A stretch of DNA of 64,000 nucleotides from positions 29,450,001-29,514,000 of the forward strand of contig OZ004610.1 in assembly GCA_963924565.1 (NCBI GenBank), in the 5' to 3' direction. Made by a program: the position numbers and the translations under genes. Shown here in pieces: positions 37,801 to 58,703 of this stretch. The stretch comes from Ascidiella aspersa. Its lineage: Eukaryota. Each line of letters begins with the position of its first letter. Position 1 is the stretch's first letter. The notes under the pieces were generated by a model, which made no database searches, was not told where the DNA came from, and saw only the letters and a list, made by a program, of their open reading frames with translations.

Positions 37801-40800
37801 CTTTCAGGGACGATCGTACGTTGATGGTTAAAGTGTATATAAAGGACGATCGATCTCACAATCGGTTTATTTTACTGCAAGTTCCTCATTAAAAACGATT
37901 TTATTTCAGGCCGATCTCCTCGTGGGGCAGACTTCGGTTCGGAACACGGCCTGAGCAGTCGCTACCCCAAACCAGGTTTCCAGAATGCGCCTAAGTTTTG
38001 CGAGAACACCAACACCGCGGTCGCCACCTACAGTTTCAACGTGCCGAGGAACCTTAGGCCAGGTATAACGATTACGATTGCTAAGATACTTATTTAACGC
38101 AAGGCGTGCCGACGTTTTGTCGACAGGTTGTTTTTCATGTGGCAAACAAGGTTTATCTAAGCTTACGACAGTGATTGTTAAACTAGGAACCAGGCCCCAC
38201 ATAGGTTTTCAAAAATGTCCGAAGAACCACTACACGTCATAATTTATTTTTACTCACTGCAAAAGCATAAACAACTCACCAAAATGTTGCCAGGTCACAA
38301 TTTAAAAAATAATAGGTTATGATTAATATAAGCACAATCCAAGATCTATTTTGGCGTTGTTTGTAATGCGATTGGGCGTTTAACATTTTCCGAAATTGAT
38401 GATATTTCTTTCAGGCGTCTATACTTTTATGTGGCTGTGGTCGTTCAACTCGGCAAACAACTTGTACAGCACTTGCTTCGAGGTCCAAATTGTTAGAAAC
38501 AAGGCGGCAAGGGACCGGAGTCTGCGGGTAAGTAGATGAAAAACTCAAAGAGTATTGTTCTTTCAATTAGGTATGCAGATTCTGAAAACTCAGCCGTTTT
38601 CAAATTATTTTTCGTTGCGTTCAGCTGCATTGGAACAGCGTTTAAAAAAATTTAGCCACACACAGACTAATGCAAAATAGAAATAAAACAACATAATAAA
38701 AGTTACTAATCTACAACGAAGTTGGTCTTACTAACAAACTTTTTGTATAGGCCTATATAGTTCACTAAAGATGATTTTGATTAACCAATTTCTATTGTTC
38801 TTTGTATTCAAAAGACCGCTAATATTTGGCTAATAACGAATACGTGGTTCCAAAGGTTTTCCAATGAAATAGAGTCTATCACCGATATCATCGTTTTTCG
38901 AACTGTTTTTCTTGTACGATATTTCTTGTATGTATAATGAGATGTTGTTTTGTCCAGGCAAACGGCTTTACCGACCTAACAGAGCCGTGTGGCGGTTTGA
39001 CCTCCAACCCAGACGTGATGGGCAACAGTAATCCGGGATGCACTAGACAACCAGCTTTCAGCTACGCCGCGGTAGCTGGTGTACGGCCGTCGGAAGTACC
39101 AGAAGCAGCACCAGAGCGAGAAACCACGACCAGCGATGACACCACCTCGACCTACTGGTGGCAGACAACGAACAACCAGAACAGACAGACGAACAACCAG
39201 AACAGGCAGACCACGACACCGTATTATTGGGAACGTCAGACAACCAGAAGGGCCGCTTCGGTCACGACGCCGGCGAGACCATTCTGGTGGCAGTATACCA
39301 GCACAGACCAGGCAAGCGAACCAGAGTCATTGGCACCAGCGGCGACCACGCGCTCCCCGCATCGAAGACCACCAAAACCAACCAGGTGAAACACTAAATA
39401 TTTATAGGCTGCATTTCACAACTGTATATAGCCGCAATAAAGTCAGTCCCCAAGTTTGGTTTTGATCTTCTCGATTTTTCCCCGCTGAAAGAAGCTACAT
39501 TTGAATATTACTAAGAACTTCAGGACAATATACGCTTTAGTTGATTTAAAAAAGTTTAAAGAATCACGTCTTCTTTTAACTATCACCTTTTATGAATCAC
39601 TATATATAGGCTACCGTTTTTTCTTTTATTTTACGTCGAGCTATACAAAAGAGGCATTTATCTCACATTGATATATTTTCAATCTGTCATAAAAATGACT
39701 TGACGTTAGATAGATAATAAGAACAGTGGATTGTTGCAATAGGTCAGCATTGCTCATTACACAAATCATTGCCACGATATAGAGTTTATCTTTTAACATA
39801 AATGGAAAATCAACTCTTAAATGCCATTGGTACCGTTATAGGAAAATTCTACTTGGTATCAGTCAAAAATTACGTTATATCTAACAGTAAAGTAAAAATT
39901 TGGCATTAAAAATGCTCATTTAAAATATATTTTATAAACTTGTTTATTGTAAAATTAGGATTTCTTATAGGGTAAAGCAGTTGTTCGAAAAACATTCTAT
40001 TTGCCCCGATAAACCTCTCTAACTTAGCATATTATGTATACGCAGCATTTTCATGAGCATCGACGTGCACATGATGTCCAGCCAGTTTTCCGGCGAGATG
40101 AGGCTTCCAGTCGCCCGTGGCAACGCAATTCGTCGTTACGTTAGCGCAGACTTCACCTGTGACCTCACAAGCGCGAGCGTAAGTACATGACTACGTCATA
40201 CTTTTAGTATTTTCGCCGATTTTTTTATTGAAAACGCACCTGGTTCTTGTATACAACATTTAATGCGTATTGATCTTGGTGTGATTTCGGCAAATTGCTC
40301 AAGTAGGGCGATTATTCTATGACTTGAAATAAAATAAATAATTTGTCAAAATTTACACGAGGTCAAAGTTACAGCAGTAGCCTAAGCAGCATATGCATTT
40401 CACTATTAGACAAGTTTTAGATGAGATAAATAGCTTAGGCCTACTTGACTAGCCATAACTCCTTTGTTACATTATTTGTGCCATTGTTATTCCATATTAT
40501 TCGATTTTAAATCCGTTTTCAGTCTGACTTTATGAACCTGGGACCAATTCACTTGGTACGACACTTTATTTCATGTACCTTAACTAAAAAAATATTAACA
40601 CCAAACGTTTTTTTTAATTTTCAGTTTTGGAACGCGATGACGATTTCCGACATGGAAGAGTCGCTTCGCTCCAATCACTTCGAGCTGGTACAGCAAGGCT
40701 CCAAGGAGCTGAGAACCAACCGTATATTTTATCACGTGACCTTTTCCTCGTCGTGCGACCTCTCGCAGCACGCGCCTGTTGTGAGGCTACTTCGCGAAGA

Positions 40801-40810
40801 TTTGAACTAA
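34804..40810 (+). CDS. Secreted N-terminal-His (LPMO-like / histidine-brace) protein with Thr/Pro linker and C-terminal CBM2-like domain, 491 aa, 8 exons
   Basis: Exons 34804-35008, 35398-35519, 36990-37125, 37910-38062, 38415-38527, 38958-39385, 40046-40178, 40625-40810. All introns are GT-AG and phases are consistent; total 1476 nt. Signal peptide ends VRA|HSWIACTDY. Internal motifs: YPGQQVVIVHPMKNH, and FNVPRNLRPGVYTFMWLWSFNSANNLYSTCFEVQI. The gene model is solid; the function is inferred. Confidence 0.8.
35522..35788. repeat. ~127-bp diverged tandem duplication in intron 2 of the LPMO-like gene
   Basis: GAGTACG.GTT.AGAAAG.G.ACAGTCTATTC...GATTAGGCCA...TTCGATAA...TTTCAAAG occurs twice (35522, 35649). 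Confidence 0.85.
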
Positions 40811-41649
40811 AAAGTGTATTTTTCCTCTGTTTTCTGTGTATAGCGGAATCGCTTAGTTTTTTATTTCATGGAAGACAACGTACTTTGCCTCCATTTAAAA
40901 AAACAAATACCTTCGAGATATTCTTATAATTAATCTCATTTAGTCTAAAATTTAGATGCTTGAGTGGTAGAATCGATTAATTATGCGATACTGCCTTAAA
41001 GGGCACCAAAACCAAACGATTTTTTGCTTCACAGCTTTGTTTGCGACGCGTAAACTAATAATTAAAAATCTAAATCTGGTTGTAAATACAGTACTATGCT
41101 GATCACTTTCCTGCTATGCCAAAAACTTTTTTCTTATTTTTTTTTCCAAAATGAGCCAATGCTGCTTTTTTGTACATGTTCCAATGTTTTATTAATTTTG
41201 TTTTTGTATTGTGCCTGACACTAACTCGCACCAGTGTCTATATATTGACAATTTTTAGGCACTTCTCGCAATATTACTGTAGTGTATTGCTACACAAAAA
41301 CTTTGTCACACAATACTTTATCTGTTCAGTGAACATTTCCCGGCATATTTATTACACTTTGCTGCCTTTTGATTTCCTAATTTTCCTTTGCGTCGGAATA
41401 AATTTTGCTTGCATTTGTTAATGTTTTAGTTTAGTTGTTTATTGCCAAAGACTTCATAATTTGTTTCCAAAAACATGTAACCCAAAATTTTAACATGTTT
41501 TTTCGAAATGATTTCTACTAATGGGAAACCCCTAATTGAAAACTACCGTAAAATTGAAAACTACCGTAAACAAAGCAATTGTTGTTCAACCTGGCAGCCA
41601 AAAGCTAGCAAAAAAGTCAGCAGTGGCCAGGTTGGAAAGAAAGGCCTGG

Positions 41650-41783
41650 GTGTGACGTGCCTGTGATCGAATGCTGTTGTACTCCTCATAAATGCTACAA
41701 AACAAATTATCAAGAGTACAATAATATGTTTAAATTTTTATTGGGGGGACATGGCCCCTGTCCCCCCCTGGCTACCCCAATGT
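41650..41783. mobile_element. Partial copy (right end) of the 1887-2283 MITE family
   Basis: Aligns by eye to 2153-2283 (CTCATAAATGCT.CAAAACAAATT...CATGGCCCCT...CCCCCTGGCTAC.CC.ATG). Confidence 0.8.
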
Positions 41784-41975
41784 CTGGCAGATTAGTATTC
41801 GTTGTGTAATTTTGGAGGGTTTCTAAAATTAAAGATGTGATGTGAGTCGTGAGTTTGACTGTCAAGGAAGATAGAGTTTCAAACACTCGTTATTTTTAAC
41901 CAGTTGATCAGTTAGTAATTTCTGATTTATACCTTCATGCGGTAATATGTTTTATTTTCGAAGACTGGTTTTAAA

Positions 41976-44750
41976 ATGCAACACAGCAACAGCTGCATGG
42001 GTTATAGAGAGAACATTGATGATTGTGTGTCTAAAAATTTAAAGAAACCAAAATCGTGTGGAGACATATCTTTGGAATTATACTTGCAAGAAAAAATATC
42101 ACCCGGAATTTTGGCTGATTTGCTGCCTTGTTTATCTACTCGTAGTGGAACTATAGCTAAAGTAAGTAAAGTTGGATTATGAACACACATATAAAAAAAA
42201 TATAATTAACATTAAAAAAGTCTATTGACCTATCTGGAAAGTATGGCACATATTGAAGACAAACTTGCAGGTGCACTTGCCATACCTTCCATGGTAGCCT
42301 ATTAAGGCATATGGGTTTTAATCAGTTATCCTAGTAACCAATAATAATAAAGGGTTGCAACAAAATCTTCGGATCTTATAAGTTATTAAATGTTTTTGAA
42401 TTGGTTTATGTAGCTAAATGCTTAAAATCCTATGTTTTTCCAAGTGTCTGTAAAGTTTAAATAGTCTTTTAATTTATTTTATGTCCAGCTAATTTATGTG
42501 TTTGGAGTGATGCGGCAAAAATAATATTTTTTTTGACTTGTTTAGTTATTGTGTTAACCATTGTATTTATAGAGTTTTGTTTTTGAATCTTATTCTAAAA
42601 TGTTAAACAATCCGATTTTAGTTCTTTAAAAACGTATAAATTTTTTTCTTAAATAGTCTTTAAATGTAGTTAATTTTTTTACGAATGTTATGTGACACAG
42701 TGACAATTCTTTAACTTTCACAAGTCATTACTAAAGGCAATCATTTTAACATACTTTGGCTTTATCAATTTTAAATCAGAATCACTTGTTACCTCGTTAA
42801 AACACAAGATACCACAAACTTACAAAAAATGCATCATGTTGTCATTTAATCTAGTTCTAAATACTAATACTGTTTCATTCCATTAAGCAAAAAATCAAAG
42901 CAGAAGAAGAAAGATATGGAACCATAAGGTCAGCTTTCTCTTTTTTTAGACAAATTGAAAGATTTTCTGGATTTGGGGCACAATTGCTGGATGCCTTGCA
43001 TTATGAGAATCAACATGACTTGGCTGATATGATTTATAAAGGTATTGAATAAACCAGAGGTCCCCAAACTGTGAGTCACGGCACCCTGGTGTGTTTATTT
43101 CATTTTTCAAAAACGTTGCATAGGGATTCTGTTTCATACCATACATGGATTATGATTTTCTTCAACAAACAAAAAATAAATTGGCTTTTGTGTTGAATTT
43201 TTGTAAAAGTCAGTAAAATTTATATTGCTTGGTGCATCGCAAGTCCAACAAACTTCAAAAGGTGTTGCAGGAAAAAGAGTTTGAAAACCGCTGGATTATT
43301 TTGAGACATGAAACAAAGAGTGCAGTACACTACTTTTCCTATGAAATTTATTTAGCATCTAGTCTTTCTAACTATATAAATCTAAACCCCTTTTTAACTA
43401 AAAAATATGTTTTCCATTTATGATTAATAGGACCGAAGTATACACCTCCAACTGTGGATCATAATTTTCAGTGTGCAATACAACAAGACAACTAAGGGAA
43501 AAGCAATTTCCAGTTTTGCCACCACCATATGAGGTTAGTTTTGCATAAGGATCAATAACTTATTTTTTTAAAGCGATTGGCAATGTGCAATTTTTACAGA
43601 AAAAAATTTTCAACCAAGTTTATGATTTATCATCACCTATCAGTTTAAGGTTAATGATTCATTTTTGTGAGTAGTATTAAATGACATTTTTACTCCCAAC
43701 TTATACCTTACAAAATAGGCTGTACTAAACAACTTACTTTTTCCATTTAAACAATGCTTCACAGTTCGTTGAGAACATGACATAAGATAACTTTATATTA
43801 TTTTTGTTTATTTTAAATAGCGAAAATATGTTTATTTGTCTGGTTGTCTGTTCTACAGTTATGTCATCATGCATAGATTCCACCTTGGTAATGTCATGTG
43901 GTTCACTGATATATTTTTGTTGATTTGATGACAATGTTTTACTAATTTATGTGGCCAAAAGTTATATTCAGAGTTCAGACCATATTCTATTGTTGCAGTT
44001 ATTTCCTTTCTAGAACAAAATAAAGTCTATTTTATTTCTCAATAACATTAACCTTTTCAGCAAGTTGACGCGCTCAGCACCACACAACCGAAAACATTGC
44101 CCGTCCCCAGACCATCATCATCTGACACGGCAGAACAGTCGGAGGACAACTACACCCACCAATCAACGCCCCTTGCGCAAACTAAAAGTCCGCTCAACAT
44201 GGATAAGATCCTGCAGGATGCACAATCGCCAGGCGTCTTACAATCGGTGGCCTTGGAGCCTAATATTGTAGAAATAACCCCTCCATCGAGTATAATGGAA
44301 TCCAGTGGCCCTGTCATGTTTTCAGCGCTGTCTGATGTAGTACATCAAGATCAAAGTAAAGTCAACTTGGCAGGTTTACAAGTCGATGTTGGCGTTAGCA
44401 AAGGCTCGGAAGCTGGGTTAGACCACTCGCTTCTGTTACCATCTGACACTGGACAACAGCCCGAGTGTAACAGTGATCAAACACCACCAGCACGTTTTCA
44501 CCCTAACGCTTCACAGTCACTCTTTTCTGAGATTCAACCCTGCCCGAAAACTACTTTAAAACCTACAGAAATGTCTAAGGCTTTTGAAGTAGTCCCTTCT
44601 AAGCTCACTGTAGGGAAAACATCACCATACCTCAGCTCACATAAGCCTATTGATGCCGATTTACCTTCACATGATAAAGGGAACGATTTTTTTGCGAGTA
44701 TTGCTCGAGGGGCGTTGTTATTTTTAACCTTAGATGATTACTTTAGCTGA
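41976..44750 (+). CDS. MAVS: MAVS-like CARD adaptor (RLR/MAVS-type CARD, Pro/Ser-rich region, hydrophobic C-terminus), ~363 aa, 4 exons
   Basis: Exons 41976-42161, 42888-43041, 43472-43533, 44061-44750 (1092 nt, phases 0/1/0). ILADLLPCLS...KQKIKAEEERYGTIRSAFSFFRQIERFSGFGAQLLDALHYENQHDLADMIYK parallels the MAVS CARD (ILPYLPCL...G...QRRPGW..F..AL.....DLAD). Orthology not proven. Confidence 0.6.
43055..43293. mobile_element. hAT/Charlie-like MITE in intron 2 of the CARD gene
   Basis: CAGAGGTCCCCAAACT ... AGTTTGAAAACCGCTG termini; TSD degenerate. Confidence 0.65.
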
Positions 44751-46102
44751 TATGCAAAATGTTTTATTTTGTTTTTATTTTATTTTTAAATTATGCAAAG
44801 TACTTTAAATGAAGATTTATTAACGCGTGTGGCAATTTTAAAATCGTACTATATTACACTTTTTCACGTTTTTAATTAGCATACCTTTCTACAGCTGTCT
44901 TTTATTTATAGTTTTTAACAACAATAAAATGTTTTTGTGTCTTGTGGTTCTGCATTTGATAAAAGTGAGCCTGCCTAACTGTTTTTTTTTACTTTGCATT
45001 TCATTTTACCACCTTTTTAAAAAAATACAAAATCTTTTTAAACACAAACAGTATTCAACATCATTTAGGGGTTTGCCAACTAAATTATTATGCCTACACT
45101 AAATTGCAAATATAACCAATTGTATGTTTGTATTCCTTATGTCTATTTTGCAACTTCAATGAAAACTACTGAATAAATGTATGAGCGTAAGACCAGCTTA
45201 TGTGACAAGTAAAACTAGACTTTCAACGATTTTAGTGCCGTTTAGAGAGCTCTGTCGCTTACTTTACAATTTTCTGTCGGCATGGTTAAGAAACTTTTTC
45301 AGTGGCCAATTCGTTGCTGGCAATCAATGACAAATGAGCAGACAGCATGCTGCAAAAATTGTACCATTTACAAAAATACAAAAATAATGAACAACCACAG
45401 TTAGATGTAAAAAGTCGTGGCTAGTCGCAAATGTTTTCAAAGAGATTCTATAAAAAAATGAGCCTCGAAACTTTTTTAATTAATTCAGACGCTTCGAGGT
45501 GACATATAGAGATTAATTATTTTGCATTTCGTCTCTAAAAATACATGAAATCGCGTTGAACGCCCTAAAATACTCTTCCACCTTCGTTTCTACATAAAAT
45601 AGAAACAGAAAATGGAAAAATAGAAATGAAATATTCAGCAGACTATGACATCACAAAGCTGACCAATATGCATTGTTATTTGTTTATTGTTGTCTAAAAA
45701 GTAGTTCGTTTTAAACAGTTTTGCAGTCTACTTAGAAACTATACTGGAAAAGATTTCGAGTGGATTAAAAAAAATCGAAAGGTAAGAATTCATTAATTGA
45801 TTAATAGCATACCATAGGACATTTACCTGTCTGTTTACTGCTTTAAACTGGCTAAAGTTTTATGCATTTGTCCTGTGTCAAACATACCTTTTTGTAGAAT
45901 TCCCTAATTGGAAATTTATTTTAGTTTTTGGTCATGTGATGTTACTTCAGTTTGTGTTGGGTTAGCCAACAAGGCAGTTTCAGTTGTTAGAATTCTCTTT
46001 GTTGGTTTGGTTCACTATGTTTATGCTCAATATTAAATTAACTACTGTGCTAGTAGAATTTTGGGTGTATGTGAAAATCGATAAAAAAAAAAACTTTCTT
46101 CA

Positions 46103-46265
46103 AATACTGCATACCACAACGCATATTGTTTAAGTTAGGGTGCGGGTTAGCGTTTGGTTGAGGGTGGGTCAAGTTATTATTAATAATGAACATAATATTA
46201 CTTGACCCACCCTCACCCAAACGCTAACCCTAACCCAAACAATATGCGTTGTGGTATGCGGTATT
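46103..46265. repeat. Imperfect foldback element (~65-bp arms) containing TTAGGG/CCCTAA motifs
   Basis: AATACTGCATACCACAACGCATATTGTTT...GGGTGGGTCAAGT pairs with ACTTGACCCACCC...AAACAATATGCGTTGTGGTATGCGGTATT. Confidence 0.9.
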
Positions 46266-46580
46266 ATTTTGTTTTGTTTTTTGCATAACTTTTAACGTAC
46301 ATAAGTAAAAGAGCGCCGAATTTTTGTATGTTTGGAACTGATTAAACTTACATTAACTAGAGTTTGCCAGTTTGAACAGGATGAATATGTTTGGTTTTCA
46401 AATTTTATTAATTGTGAATTTGACTAGCTTGCCTGCCAAAATTTGTTTGGGTCATACTGTATACCTAGGTTTTTATCCTGTATTCTCACTCACTAATTCT
46501 GTCTGTAACTCAATCTTATTGCCTTTACACGTGTTTTCAACCAAACTCATATTTTTTACTGCCAAGCAGACAGATCAGAT

Positions 46581-46586
46581 TTTATT
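46581..46586 (-). terminator. Poly(A) signal of myosin copy 1
   Basis: AATAAA ~80 nt after the stop; conserved in copy 2 at 60563-60568. Confidence 0.75.
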
Positions 46587-46667
46587 GGATTAATTGTTTT
46601 AAATGATCGGTTTGTGGAAATAAATAAAGAGTTGAACGTCTGATCCAGTTCTGTCGTGAAGCGCAGT

Positions 46668-56593
<9,926 letters not shown>

Positions 56594-56756
56594 GGTGAAG
56601 TGTCTAGCAGATTCTGATAATAAAAAGTTTGTTTCGCTAGTGGCAAATATGTTTATAACAATGTCTGCATTGATTAGCTGGCTCATTTGTTACATTAATT
56701 AGAGGTCATTCATTTCTACAGCTCTAAAAGCAAACAATTAAGTACAAGTTACTTAC

Positions 56757-57010
56757 CCTGTATGAGAGCAAAGTCAGATTTATCAAAGTTAGATGACTGG
56801 GATGTCGAGCCAACTGATGATCTAGAACCGTTAGCATCTCTCTTTTATACGCGCTCGTCAATTATCGCCAAACGCTTTTTTTGCACTGCTTAAAACAGTT
56901 GCGCTATTAGCACCTTATTAGATCTGCGGCGGCTGTTTATGTCGTCACCTTAAATCACAATAGCCCGCAATTACAACGCTTGACATATATTGTTGCAAAA
57001 CCTACACCTT
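56757..57010 (-). promoter_or_regulatory. Myosin core promoter, non-coding exon 1 and muscle-type cis-elements
   Basis: TATAAAA 56849-56843; Inr-like TCATCAGTT from 56820; donor CAGG|GTAAGT at 56757; TGACG half-sites at 56856 and 56943; E-box at 56896; T-box-like AGGTG sites at ~56915, ~56950 and ~57009. Confidence 0.7.
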
Positions 57011-58703
57011 TTGCGTATGAGACATTATGCTACACAGTTTTTATTATGATTGTTTAAATTCGTCTGATTACGGTAATATTTATGGTTTTCATGTACATAA
57101 AGCAAGTTATTGTTTAACAAGTTGTAAATGTTGAAAAGCTTATAGTCATTTTCTAACAATGTTGTTAACAATAGAATTATGCGTTGTGTGGCTAAAACAT
57201 ATAACTTGCAAACATTTTACAGTAAATTACTTCTAGATTCGTTCTATTTTCATTTTTATATATATTGGCATCTTATTGTGGCTTTTGGGCAAATAAAATT
57301 TGGTCGCGAACTAAAAAGGTTAAGAAGCACTTAATTACCTCACTTTGTAGCTATACGTATTTTATTATTGTAACCCTAATTATGCATATATTACTTATTT
57401 GTTAAATCAAACTATGTTTTTTGCCATTATTAGCTAATGTAATTTTTTGCAGTTTGTGCAAACTTTTTGTTTTAGTATATGTTTTTCCTGTTTTAAGGGT
57501 CTATGTAGCCACCATCGCGCATACTTCTAAATTAAAAGTTTTGCCAATTTAAACCCAATAAACTTACTTTCTTGACGCGATTAAACTGGATTTCAGCTGC
57601 ATAGTTGCGCACGAGTTCGTTAGAAAATAACAGTGTGTGATTTCAGATGTTTTATGACTCCACGTTAAGACGTCTTTGCAAAAATATTGATTTTATTTGG
57701 TTTAAACCGCTTTTGGGAGATTTTCTAAGAACGGCCACAAACATATTGAAGCATGATAGTAGTTAGATAAATGGAATTTACCAAAGTTTAGCAAAAAAAG
57801 TATAGTGTAGCGTGTGGACATGGCCTGGTTGCCGTTGGATCTACCCCTGTTTGTGTCTTGTCAAAATTTCCCACATGTTAATCCACTTAATGCGACTATT
57901 TATATTCAAGGTATGAATTTAAAACGGATTCACGAGCTAAAAGCGTTTGCCGCCCAATAATAGGTCTGACACTAGATTGTTGTAGTCTACGCTATCGTAC
58001 ACTGAAATTATTATACACTAATGACTAAACTATGCGCTTTGTTTTTTTGCCAATCATTTTAGCACTTGCGTTGTCGCGCATACACAAATAAGTCCTCACT
58101 TATTTGAAATGGAACACCAAAAAAATTTCCTAAATAAAAACGTGCGGATGGAAATTTTTAAGGTTGAAAAGCACTGGGTTGGATGAATGATATTTAGTAT
58201 TAGAGTGTTAACAGTTTCGATGAAAATTTGCAACCTTTGTCCTCAGTTTTTCCTCCATGAGCTTCTTGCTTTAAGTTAGTTTCTTGTATATCCATCTTGC
58301 TGGTTACAACCTAGCAAACCTTTATTTGTTTGTAAAACATTATGAGTTTAGTGGTATAAAGCGTTTGCTGCAGGTAAATTATTATGAACATTTAATATCA
58401 TTGCTGTTATCACATGTGTATGTGTTTTGTTATTTGCGTCTATTGCATTCTTACCACAAAGTTAAAATCCATGGAAAATTAAAACGTAAGTTTTGCCAAA
58501 TCGTGGTTTCCCGTGGTCTGCATGTAGGGGACCATGGCCTCCTAACTAATAGTCAGTCAAATTTAACAACATACCGGTACATTCCAAAACGCGCATTTTG
58601 TGAATCTCATTTAAATTTAAAAATGTTAAATAATTCTTTTTGATTAACATTAAATCTTTTTTGCCCTTTCTTTGTTTCCCAAACGCCCTGACACTTTGTA
58701 ACA

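Noticed and set aside
34879-38500. Assignment to AA15 or AA10
   Set aside because: Lacks the HG.(L/M)..P..R start and other family motifs; only general His-brace hallmarks can be supported.
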